Assembly (NCBI GenBank): GCA_027623675.1
Contig: JAQBVF010000004.1
Coordinates: 64,001-128,000 of the forward strand
Direction: 5' to 3'
Length of the DNA stretch: 64,000 bases
Source: Chloroflexota bacterium
Lineage (GTDB): Bacteria > Chloroflexota > Dehalococcoidia > Lucifugimonadales > UBA3495
A program made the position numbers and the translations under genes. Below are positions 44,201-53,056 of this stretch, piece after piece. The notes beneath the pieces were generated by a model. It ran no database searches. It was not told where the DNA came from and saw only the letters and a program-made list of their open reading frames with translations. Numbering within the stretch: position 1 is the first letter of the stretch; every line of letters begins with the position of its first letter.

Positions 44201-44644
44201 TTACTCGCCAACCACCTGGACCATGACCTCTCTGGGGCGGGGGTGGTCAAGCTCGATGAAGAAGACGCTCTGGTAGGTGCCGAACTGCATCTCGCCACCG
44301 ACCACCGGCACGGTCTCGCTGGTGCCGAGAAGCAGGTGCTGCAGGTGGGCGTGGCCGTTGGGGGATTCGTCTTCATTCATGTTAACGGTGCGAATCTCAA
44401 AGTCGTTGTGCCTGTAGCCGTTATTCCTGGGAGATATCTTCTCCAGGAACACGGCCATGTCTTCCAGAAGCAGTGGCTCGTTCTCGTTGATCTTTATCGC
44501 CGCCGTAGTGTGCTTGGAATACACAACCGCGAAGCCGTTGGCGATCTCGGAGTCGGACACGCACTGGGCCACCCATTCGGTGATGTCGATGAATTCCGGA
44601 GCGCACGTCGTATCGAACCGCTTGCAAAAGGACTTGGTGTTCAT
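44201..44644 (-). CDS. yjbQ: YjbQ/UPF0047 family protein
   Basis: DIT..V, HTTAAI.INENE..L..D, Y.H, NGHAHL, G.YQ...F.E.D.PR.R. Confidence 0.9.
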   Translation of the reverse strand: MNTKSFCKRFDTTCAPEFIDITEWVAQCVSDSEIANGFAVVYSKHTTAAIKINENEPLLLEDMAVFLEKISPRNNGYRHNDFEIRTVNMNEDESPNGHAHLQHLLLGTSETVPVVGGEMQFGTYQSVFFIELDHPRPREVMVQVVGE

Positions 44645-44742
44645 GTTAAGAGCTCCCCCTCGTAGTTACCCCAAATTTGCTGATTGAAACTGACATCTGC
44701 CGTCCGTTTGTCGTCCTCTGATTCTTGTCCCTATTTGCTCTG

Positions 44743-46743
44743 CTACCGTCCCGCGGCCGCCTTGGAAAATCTTCCCAGGGCCAGTAACGGCCAGTAGTTG
44801 CGGTACAGGTGGTAGTTAATCATAAATCCGGCAGGCATATCCAAGCCTTGAAAGCTCGTTTGCCCGGGATTTGGCAGCGATTTTAGCCGTTCGCCGACAC
44901 CGTATCCGGGGAACCCGGTGCCGGTGAAGTAGGGCTCGTCCCAAGTGCCATCGTCCAACTGGGTCTCTGCCAGGTATTTCACTCCCCGGCAAGCGGCTTC
45001 GCAGGAGTGTTCCCCGGCGGCCACCAGTCCCAGCAACGCCCATGCGGTCTGCGAAGCGGTGCTTGGGCCCACCCCGCGCAGGGCTGGGTCCACATAGGAG
45101 CCGCAGCTTTCGCCCCACCCGCCGTCTTCGTTCTGGTGGGCTAGGATCCAGTCCACAGCCTGCCGGATGTAGGCTTGCGACATGTCTTCGCCGATGGCCT
45201 GCAGCGCCGGCAGGACAGCGCCGGTGCCGTAAACATAGTTAACGCCCCAGCGTCCGAACCATGAGCCGTCGTCTTCCTGCTCGCTGACCACGTAGTTGAA
45301 CCCTTTGCTTACCGCTGGGTTTTCCCTGGTGTGACCCAGGCGTCCGTACATCTCCAGCAGGTGGGCGGTGACATCCACGCTGGGCGGGTCCAGTGTCTCG
45401 CCAAAATCCGAGAACGGAATCTTGGTCAGGTATTTCTTGTTGTTGTCTTTGTCGAAGGCCGCCCACCCGCCGTTCTTGGACTGCATCCCGGCCATCCACT
45501 CGACGCCACGTTGGATGGCTTCGGCACGGCGGGGTTCCTCCGGACCGGGCAGTCGCACCGGCTCCAGGGCCATGACCACGATGGATGCGTCGTCGATATC
45601 CGGGTATATCTGGTTATCGAACTCGAAGGACCAGCCTCCAGGCCTGGTTTTCTTGGCGCGGACCTGCCAGTCGCCGCCGGCGAATATCTGCTTGTCCATG
45701 AGCCATCTAGCCGACGTCTGGACCATGGGGTCGTCAGGCGCTATTCCAGAGTCCATCAGCGCCAGTTGCGCCAGACACGTGTCCCAAACCGGCGAGACGC
45801 AGGCCTGTACGGTGCAGGTGTCCTCGTCTTCGATGGCGAAGGCTTCGAACCCCTGAAATCCCTTCTTGACCGCCTCATGTTCGGGCCCATAGCCCATGAC
45901 GTGGAGCGCGATCAGCGAGTAGACCCACGGTGGCTGGATCCCTGCCCAGGAACCGTCTGCTTCTTGGTGTTCCAGCACCCACCGCATTATCTTGCGCTCG
46001 GCGAACCCGCGGAACGGGTGCACCGGCATGCGGTGATAGAGCGCGACCGCTTTGTCGGCCCAATGGAGCGCCTTGGCCCAGCCGAAACCGCCGGTGGGTT
46101 TGGGCAAACGGTAATCTGTTCCAACGCGGCCGCCGGGATAAAGTTCGTCGATGTTGGCCGACTCGGGCACCGGGCAATACGGCCGGCGGGTCAGGATGAT
46201 CAGCATTGGCGCCACGGTGGCGCGAGCCCAACTGGCGAATTCGTAGAGGTTGAACGGCGCCCACGAAGGCAGGTAGATCATCTCCGGAGGCATGTTGGGC
46301 GTGCCCTTCCAGTCCCACTGGCCGAACAGCGCCAGCCAGATCTTGGTGAACACCCGGACCTTGGGCATGCCGCCCTTGGATAGGATGAACTCCCGTGCCT
46401 TCACCAGCGGTTCCGACTCTGCAGAGTGCCCGGCCAGTTTGAGGGCGAAGTAACATTCAACGGAGGTGCTAACGTCGCCGGGGGCCTCGTAATACTGGCC
46501 CCATGAGCCATCGGACCGTTGCTTACTGAGGATGTAATTGGAGACCTTGCGCCAGCGTTCCGGGTCGTGCCGTCCGGTGAAATGGCACAGCATCAGGTAC
46601 TCGGCTTCCATGGTGGCGTTGGACTCCAACTCGCCCCACCAGTAGCCGTCGGGATGCTGGGTCCGGCGGAAATAGCCCTGAGACCGGAAGACCGCTTGGT
46701 CCGCCGCCTGGCCAACTTCGCTATATGTCTGTTGCGCCGCCAA
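44743..46743 (-). CDS. shc: Squalene-hopene cyclase
   Basis: GYWWGELE, QW repeats (Q..DGSW), SPVWDT, YPDIDDAS (DxDD), GRWGVNYVYGT, STASQTAWA, FTGTGFP, YHLYRNYWPLLALG. Confidence 0.97.
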   Translation of the reverse strand: MAAQQTYSEVGQAADQAVFRSQGYFRRTQHPDGYWWGELESNATMEAEYLMLCHFTGRHDPERWRKVSNYILSKQRSDGSWGQYYEAPGDVSTSVECYFALKLAGHSAESEPLVKAREFILSKGGMPKVRVFTKIWLALFGQWDWKGTPNMPPEMIYLPSWAPFNLYEFASWARATVAPMLIILTRRPYCPVPESANIDELYPGGRVGTDYRLPKPTGGFGWAKALHWADKAVALYHRMPVHPFRGFAERKIMRWVLEHQEADGSWAGIQPPWVYSLIALHVMGYGPEHEAVKKGFQGFEAFAIEDEDTCTVQACVSPVWDTCLAQLALMDSGIAPDDPMVQTSARWLMDKQIFAGGDWQVRAKKTRPGGWSFEFDNQIYPDIDDASIVVMALEPVRLPGPEEPRRAEAIQRGVEWMAGMQSKNGGWAAFDKDNNKKYLTKIPFSDFGETLDPPSVDVTAHLLEMYGRLGHTRENPAVSKGFNYVVSEQEDDGSWFGRWGVNYVYGTGAVLPALQAIGEDMSQAYIRQAVDWILAHQNEDGGWGESCGSYVDPALRGVGPSTASQTAWALLGLVAAGEHSCEAACRGVKYLAETQLDDGTWDEPYFTGTGFPGYGVGERLKSLPNPGQTSFQGLDMPAGFMINYHLYRNYWPLLALGRFSKAAAGR

Positions 46744-46745
46744 AG

Positions 46746-47771
46746 TTAGGCTCTGCTGCTCCCCTGGGTTTTGGCTTGGCCTTTTCGGTCAACATAACCG
46801 TGTCCGGTGAACCAATCCACGGCCTGCCGTAGGGCGTCTTCGATGGGGCGCTGCGGCAGGCCCAACTCCCGGACCGCTTTTTCGCAGCTGACATAGGCGG
46901 GAGTCTTGGATGCCAGCACGCCTTCCACCGGGATGGCCGGCTCCCGGCGCAGCAGCGAACCCTCAATGAACCGGTCCGCATAGCCAACGCCGACGACCAG
47001 CCAATAAGGTACCCTGATGCGGGGCGTCGCGAGCCCCGTTTGCCGGCTCAATATGTCGAATATTTCCTTCAAACTCACGTTCCGGTTGCCCAAGATGTAC
47101 CTTTCTCCGGACCGTCCTTTCTCCAGCGCCAGGATGTGGCCCTCTACCACGTCGGCCACGTCCACCAGATTCATCCCCGTCTTCAAGTAGGCCGGAATCT
47201 TCCGGCGGAGAAAATCCAGGATCATCCTTCCGGTGGGTGTGGGTTTAACGTCCCACGGTCCCACGGGAGCCGTCGGGTTCACCACCACCAGCGGCATGCC
47301 GTCTGCCGCCATCGCCAGTGCTTCCTGCTCCGCCTGGAGCTTGGACCGCTTGTAATAGCCGTGCAGCGATCTGGCGTCCAACGGCGTGTTCTCATCGCCC
47401 AGACCGGTTTTCGGCGTCCCCACGGTGGACACCGTGCTGGTGTAGACCGTCCGGGACACTCCCGCCTGCCGCGCCGCCGCCAGCACGTTGGCCGTGCCGG
47501 TCGCGTTGGTGCGCGACACGCCCGCCGGGTCTCTGGACCAGAAGGTGTACGCGGCAGCCACGTGGAAAACCGCCTCGCATCCCTCCACCGCGCGGTCGAC
47601 CGAACGGCGGTCCAGGATGTCGCCTTCCACCGGGATTATGCCGGTGTCCTGGATCGTTAACCGGTTGCTGTCCGGGCGGACCAACGCCCGCACCTCGTCA
47701 CCCCGCCGCCACAGCTCGCGGGCCAGATTCCCACCGATGAACCCGGTTGCGCCGGTGACCAACACTTTCAT
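46746..47771 (-). CDS. hpnA: Hopanoid-associated NAD-dependent epimerase (HpnA-like)
   Basis: TGATGFIG, FHVAA.Y, YKRSK, VNPTAPVGPWDVKPTPTG, GERYILG. Adjacent to shc. Confidence 0.88.
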   Translation of the reverse strand: MKVLVTGATGFIGGNLARELWRRGDEVRALVRPDSNRLTIQDTGIIPVEGDILDRRSVDRAVEGCEAVFHVAAAYTFWSRDPAGVSRTNATGTANVLAAARQAGVSRTVYTSTVSTVGTPKTGLGDENTPLDARSLHGYYKRSKLQAEQEALAMAADGMPLVVVNPTAPVGPWDVKPTPTGRMILDFLRRKIPAYLKTGMNLVDVADVVEGHILALEKGRSGERYILGNRNVSLKEIFDILSRQTGLATPRIRVPYWLVVGVGYADRFIEGSLLRREPAIPVEGVLASKTPAYVSCEKAVRELGLPQRPIEDALRQAVDWFTGHGYVDRKGQAKTQGSSRA

Positions 47772-47805
47772 GGTTAATGGCTAAGTCCAACGCGTGGGAA
47801 AAGCG

Positions 47806-48573
47806 TTAGTACGGAGCGCCCGGCGATTTGTTCCCATCTGCTTCGCCGCCGTTCCCGATCACTCCCGCCACCTTGAGGTAGGCCAGTCCGAAATTGGTTA
47901 TGACCATCTGTCCCAGTTGCAGCTGCCTCTTAAGATTCAGCATCGTGGGGATGCGCCACGGCAGCAGGACCACGTTTGTCAGCACCTTGTAGGGAGACCG
48001 GGCCAACCCCGGCAGATAGCCGGGCAGTTGCTGGTTGGCGGTGTCCAGTACAACCCTGGCCGAGAGGAACGGCACCCCGGCCTTCTGGGCCGAGTGCGCC
48101 ACCCGGTAGTCCTCCATGTTGACGCTGTCCACTTGGTATTGCGCCCGCAGCTCATCGCGCTCGTCCGGCCCAGCCACCAGGTGGTCAACGGTCAGTGACC
48201 CGCCGTTGCAGACCGGCATGGAGAGGTCGAGCGCCGCCTGCTGCGCCGATTGGAGCATCTGCGGATCGGGCCTGATGCTTTGCCCGAAACCCTGAGCGGC
48301 CCCGTTCTGCAACGAGTACCGGTTGGCCAGCAACAGATCGCCGGTTTCCAATACCGGGTCGACGCCGCCGGCCACGCCCAGGACCAGCACCCCTTCCAGG
48401 TCAGCGTTCCGGGCATCCAGCAAGGTGGCCATGGCGCTTCCTGAGCGTTCGGGTCCCACGCCCAATACCTTGAACTCCACCGGGGGATGCACCCCCGTGG
48501 TGTCTTCAATCTCGAGCAATGCGCGCCGGAGTCCGATCAACTCTTGCTCCATGCTGGCAGCTACGATCAGCAA
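47806..48573 (-). CDS. hpnG: Nucleoside phosphorylase family protein (HpnG-like)
   Basis: G.G, LG.AGG.DP.L..GD, V.ME...VA......VPF...R.V.D. Lies between hpnH and hpnA. Confidence 0.72.
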   Translation of the reverse strand: MLIVAASMEQELIGLRRALLEIEDTTGVHPPVEFKVLGVGPERSGSAMATLLDARNADLEGVLVLGVAGGVDPVLETGDLLLANRYSLQNGAAQGFGQSIRPDPQMLQSAQQAALDLSMPVCNGGSLTVDHLVAGPDERDELRAQYQVDSVNMEDYRVAHSAQKAGVPFLSARVVLDTANQQLPGYLPGLARSPYKVLTNVVLLPWRIPTMLNLKRQLQLGQMVITNFGLAYLKVAGVIGNGGEADGNKSPGAPY

Positions 48574-48624
48574 CTCTTTGAGTCCGTTAGATCCAATGGA
48601 CCGAATAGGTTAGTCAACAAAGAA

Positions 48625-49692
48625 CTAGGCAGCGGTGATGCCGCCTTTGTGGGCCGCGCCCGACTTGATCAAGGTAGCCCAGTCTTTGGGCGTCTTCAGG
48701 GCCTGGAAGATGGTGGCCGACTCGAACCCGCAGTGCATCATGCAATTCGCGCACCGTGGATCTTTGCCCACGCCGTACCTCTCCCAGATGTCCTCGTCGA
48801 AAAGCTCTGCCACGTGTTCCACATGCTCGTCGGCCAGGGGATAGCAGGGCTTTCGCCAGCCCATCACGGTGTAGGTCGGATTGGACCAGGCGGTGCATTG
48901 ATATTCCCGCTCCCCCTTCAAAAAGCTCAGGTATAGGGGGTTATTGTAGAAAGTGGCGCCCTCGGAATTCTCCGGAGACAACAACTCTTGGAACAGCTCG
49001 TGGGACTCCTGGCGGGTCAAGAACATCTCCTGCTCCGGGGCGTCCTCAAAGTCGAACCCCGGCGAGATCATGGAACCTTCAACGCCGATGTCGCTGACCA
49101 TCCGGAACATCTCGGTGAGGTCGCTCACATCGCTGGTGCGGAACACGGTGGAGTTGGTGCAGACACGGTAGCCGCGGTCCAGTGCTGACTGGACGGCCTC
49201 GACAGCCTTTTTGAAGACACCCTGGCGGTCCACCGACTCGTCGTGTTTGGCTTCCATGCCGTCTAGGTGCACCACCCAGCATAGGTACTTGGACGGCGGC
49301 ACCTTGTCCATCACCCGGTCTAGCAGCAGGCCGTTGGTGCAGCAATACACGAAGTATTTCTCTTCGACCAACGTGTTGATGATCTCATTGATCCTGGGAT
49401 GGATGGTCGGCTCGCCGCCGGCGATGGAAACGATGGGCGCGCCGGACTCCCGGACCGCCGCCAGCGCTTGCTCAACGGGCATCATCTTATCCAGCACCGG
49501 TTTGTACTCGCGGATACGCCCGCAACCGATGCAGGCCAGGTTGCACATCTCCAGCGGCTCCAGCATGGTAACCAAAGGAAACTTCTTCCGGCCTTTGAGC
49601 TTGTTCTTCAACAGGTACGCCGCCAGTCTGGCGGATAGTTCCAGGGGTCTCTTGGCTCTCTTCTTCGTGGTGGTTATGTCGGTGGTGGCCAT
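48625..49692 (-). CDS. hpnH: Adenosylhopane-forming radical SAM enzyme HpnH
   Basis: FPLV.MLEPL..CNLACIGCG.I, APIVSIAGGEP..HP, CTNGLL, CTAW.NPTY...GW.KPCY, YG.G.DPRCANCMMHCGFE. Confidence 0.92.
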   Translation of the reverse strand: MATTDITTTKKRAKRPLELSARLAAYLLKNKLKGRKKFPLVTMLEPLEMCNLACIGCGRIREYKPVLDKMMPVEQALAAVRESGAPIVSIAGGEPTIHPRINEIINTLVEEKYFVYCCTNGLLLDRVMDKVPPSKYLCWVVHLDGMEAKHDESVDRQGVFKKAVEAVQSALDRGYRVCTNSTVFRTSDVSDLTEMFRMVSDIGVEGSMISPGFDFEDAPEQEMFLTRQESHELFQELLSPENSEGATFYNNPLYLSFLKGEREYQCTAWSNPTYTVMGWRKPCYPLADEHVEHVAELFDEDIWERYGVGKDPRCANCMMHCGFESATIFQALKTPKDWATLIKSGAAHKGGITAA

Positions 49693-49764
49693 ATCGTAAA
49701 AACCTCGCCGGTTAAAGCTTCCTAATCGGATAGAACGTGATAGCTGATCGCCGTTGGCTTACGG

Positions 49765-50883
49765 CTAGTATTCCCTTCGGGCGAGAAAATCGATCAAGTC
49801 TTCGGCTTCGGTTTGGGCCCAGTTGGGCAGCGAGACAGGCCTCAGGGCATCCATGGCCTGGGCGGCGGCTTCTTCCGTAAGGCGCTGGGCGTTCTCGCGG
49901 GAGCCCACCTCGTCCAATACCGCCAAAACCCGCTGGACATCGTCTTCGTCCAGCTCGTCTTGCCCGTAGATGCGTAGAAGTTCATTCATCGCCTGGCCGC
50001 TGGCCTGCTCCAGGGCATACACCACCGGATAGGACTTCTTCCTGCGCCGGATGTCGTTGCCGGTGGCCTTGCCCAGCGTGGCCTCGTCGCCCCAGATACC
50101 CAGATAGTCATCCCTGATCTGGAATGCCCGGCCCAGGTATTCACCGAATCTGGCGAAGGCCTGCACCGTGGCCGCGTCATCAGTGGCCAGAAGCGCCCCT
50201 ATCTCCAGCGCGCTTCTGATCAACGCCCCGGTCTTGCAGGCAATCATATAGAGGTATTCATCGGCCTTGATGTCGGTCCTCGATTCGAACTCGAGGTCCA
50301 GACACTGGCCCTGGATCATCTCAATGTAACTTTCCGTCAAGATGCTAGAAACCCTGAGGGCGGTTTCCGGGGCAACGCCCAGGTCCGCCACGTTCAGCAT
50401 CGCCAAGTCGCCGGTGCACTGCATCGCGTTGCCGGCCGACAGGGCCTTCGGGATTCCCCAGAGGTGCCAAACCGTGGGCTGGTGGCGCCGTTCCACATCC
50501 CGGTCCTGGATGTCGTCGTGTATCAACGAGAAATTGTGGATCAACTCTAAAGCAGCTGCCGCGGGAAGGGCCTTGGTGAAATCGTTGGCCAATGCGTCGC
50601 AGGCGAATAAGCACAATGTGGGGCGCAGGGCTTTGCCTTGGGAGAGGGAGGAATCCATGTCGGCGCCCTGCTGGTCGACCCAGCCAAGATGGTAGCGGAG
50701 CAACCGGTAGGCTTCTGAGGAGCCGGTACCCGCGCCTGAGCCGGGCACAGCCTTATAGAGCTCCTGCTCCACGGAGCTTTTGTATCTGGAGAACATTCCC
50801 GGAAGCGCACCCGTCTGGGCCATTACAGGAGCCGCGTTCCGGTCCGTGCCCTCGTTGGTTTGCTGGCCGTGGTTTTGGACCAT
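49765..50883 (-). CDS. Polyprenyl (FPP/GGPP) diphosphate synthase
   Basis: GKALRP, ELIHNFSLIHDDIQD...RR, GQ.LD, KTGAL, FQIRDD.LG, GK..G.DI...KK. Confidence 0.93.
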   Translation of the reverse strand: MVQNHGQQTNEGTDRNAAPVMAQTGALPGMFSRYKSSVEQELYKAVPGSGAGTGSSEAYRLLRYHLGWVDQQGADMDSSLSQGKALRPTLCLFACDALANDFTKALPAAAALELIHNFSLIHDDIQDRDVERRHQPTVWHLWGIPKALSAGNAMQCTGDLAMLNVADLGVAPETALRVSSILTESYIEMIQGQCLDLEFESRTDIKADEYLYMIACKTGALIRSALEIGALLATDDAATVQAFARFGEYLGRAFQIRDDYLGIWGDEATLGKATGNDIRRRKKSYPVVYALEQASGQAMNELLRIYGQDELDEDDVQRVLAVLDEVGSRENAQRLTEEAAAQAMDALRPVSLPNWAQTEAEDLIDFLARREY

Positions 50884-51001
50884 AGTCCTCTTCTCACTGA
50901 GAAAAGGTTGACCGCAGGGTGGCGGCCCGGGATCTTCCAGCGTGATCGCCTATCAAGCGCGGCGCCGATACATCGGCTTACGATGGTGAATCACGCCTGA
51001 A

Positions 51002-51031
51002 ATGCTAGCAAAGCATTCGAGATGATGTCAA
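51002..51031 (-). promoter_or_regulatory. Possible sigma70 promoter of the hopanoid cluster
   Basis: Minus strand TTGACA, 18-nt spacer, TAGCAT with an extended -10 TG. Confidence 0.5.
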
Positions 51032-51387
51032 GACAGGCTGCAGAGCCAACACTAAGATGTATTCCAAGGGCGCTCTTGGCGGGCGCTCTTGGCCGGTTGC
51101 CAAGTCTTTAGGCTTGGCGGGTTCTTAGGCATGAGCCACACCTAACTCATGACTTTTGCCGCGGGACAGTAGTTGATATAATATCCGCATGGTTCATCGC
51201 ACAACCAAGCGCACTACGGTGCACACACAGATAATAGTGCACCAAGGTGCCGAAAGATTGGCGGTATTTTGGCTCATTCCGGTCCAAAGCTGAGTTGGCG
51301 GCAACAAGGCAGCCGATTCGAAATGGCGAAAGTCTCACGCTTTTGCCAGGCACGGATTAGCTTTGGATAATCTGGGTGCGATTTCTG

Positions 51388-51416
51388 TTGACACTTCTGC
51401 CACATTAGTTTATATT
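51388..51416 (+). promoter_or_regulatory. Sigma70-like promoter for the DUF1800 operon
   Basis: TTGACA (51388-51393), 17-nt spacer, TATATT (51411-51416). Confidence 0.7.
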
Positions 51417-51568
51417 TCTTCCTTGTAATCAATGTTACATAAGAGGCGTTAGAGATTGGGGGCCAACCCCCTGTCCGCTAGGCCTTCTTCATGTAACCGG
51501 GAAATTGCGGGTGGCGGGGCCGCCCAGAGAAGATAGATCCAAATCAGACTTTTCCATAGGAGGAGCAC

Positions 51569-52993
51569 ATGGCTGAACAGGATATTGCGTTGATGGCTCA
51601 CCTCATGCGCCGCGCCGGTTTTGGTGCGAGCCGCGATGAGATTGAAGCCAGAGTGGCGCAAGGTTATGACAACGTAGTCCAAGAGCTGCTCAACCCCGAG
51701 ACCCAGGAGGCCGTCGAGGAAGATCTGCTCATGCGCTACAACCCCTCGTACTACGAGGCTGCCGCCATCGAGAACAACGTGCAGCAATGGGTCTGGCGGA
51801 TGATCAACAGCCCTCGCCAACTTCAAGAGAAGGTGGCGCTTTTCTGGCACATGATCTTCTGTGCCGGGCATAGCAAGATTGACAGCGGTCAAGAGATGGG
51901 TCTGATGGTCGACATCTTCCGCCGCAACGGGATGGGCAAATTCGACGACCTGCTTTTGGCTCTGTCGACCAATCCCGGCATGATGTACTACCTGGACAAC
52001 ACCGAGAGTCACAAGACCAACCTCAACGAGAACTATGGCCGTGAGCTCCTTGAGCTCTTCTCACTGGGCGTAGGGATGGATGAGGGCTTCAACTACAGCG
52101 AAGACGACGTCAAAGCCTGCGCCAGGGCCTTCACCGGTTGGAACATCGCCCCGCCCTATCCTCCGTTCCCCCACGGCCGCAGTCCTTGGGAGTTCCGCTT
52201 CGACCCCGCCGACCACGACAACAGTGAAAAGACGTTCCTCGGCGAGACCGGCAGGTGGAACGGCGACGACATCATCAACATCGTCTGCAAGCAGCCGGCG
52301 ACCGCCCGGTTCATTGCCCGTCACATGTATAACTTCTTCGTAGCCGACGAGCCGCAGGTCCCGGCATGGCGGTTGACCCCGCCCCGAGACAAGGCTGCCA
52401 TCGAAGCCATGGAGAAGGCGTACTGGGATTCCGACCACTCCATTAAGGCCATGTTGGAAGTGCTCTTCACCTCCGACTTCTTCAAAGACGAGGCGGTCCG
52501 CTACGCCAAGGTTAAGAACCCCACAGAGATGGTTGTTAGCCTGCTGCGCATGACCGGCGAGTTCAAGGGCCATCAGCCCGGCCTGTTCGAATTCTCCCAG
52601 GAGCCCAAGTACATGGGCATGGACCTGATGAACCCGCCCACCGTTGAAGGTTGGCACACGGGCCGCGAGTGGATCGACTCCGGCACGTTGGTCGAGCGCA
52701 TCAACTTCGCCTCCGACATCCTAGGTAACACCGAGTTGGCCGGCGTCCGCAACTTGGTGGACCGGCTGATGTCTTTGGGCGACAAGCTCAGCCCTGAACA
52801 GTTCGTTAACGGGTGCCTGGAATTGACCGGTCCGGTGGTCGTAACTTCCGACACCATGGGTCAGTTGCTCGCCCACGCCGCCAAGGAGGGCGAACTCGCC
52901 CACGGCAGCGATGCCGAGCAGGCTGAGTTCACCCGCCGGTCCGGCGAGATGTTCCAGATGATCGCCGCTACCGCCGAATTCCAGTTCGAGTAA
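51569..52993 (+). CDS. DUF1800 family protein
   Basis: HLMRRAGFG, W...M..S...LQEK.ALFWH, M.YLDN, NENYGRELLELF.LG, Y.E.DV...ARAFTGW, HD...KT.LG, PP.V.GW. Confidence 0.92.
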   Translation: MAEQDIALMAHLMRRAGFGASRDEIEARVAQGYDNVVQELLNPETQEAVEEDLLMRYNPSYYEAAAIENNVQQWVWRMINSPRQLQEKVALFWHMIFCAGHSKIDSGQEMGLMVDIFRRNGMGKFDDLLLALSTNPGMMYYLDNTESHKTNLNENYGRELLELFSLGVGMDEGFNYSEDDVKACARAFTGWNIAPPYPPFPHGRSPWEFRFDPADHDNSEKTFLGETGRWNGDDIINIVCKQPATARFIARHMYNFFVADEPQVPAWRLTPPRDKAAIEAMEKAYWDSDHSIKAMLEVLFTSDFFKDEAVRYAKVKNPTEMVVSLLRMTGEFKGHQPGLFEFSQEPKYMGMDLMNPPTVEGWHTGREWIDSGTLVERINFASDILGNTELAGVRNLVDRLMSLGDKLSPEQFVNGCLELTGPVVVTSDTMGQLLAHAAKEGELAHGSDAEQAEFTRRSGEMFQMIAATAEFQFE

Positions 52994-53056
52994 ATCAACC
53001 CCGTAGTCAGTAAATCAATCGGCTATTGGGATGCCTAAATAACGTAAGGAGTAATC

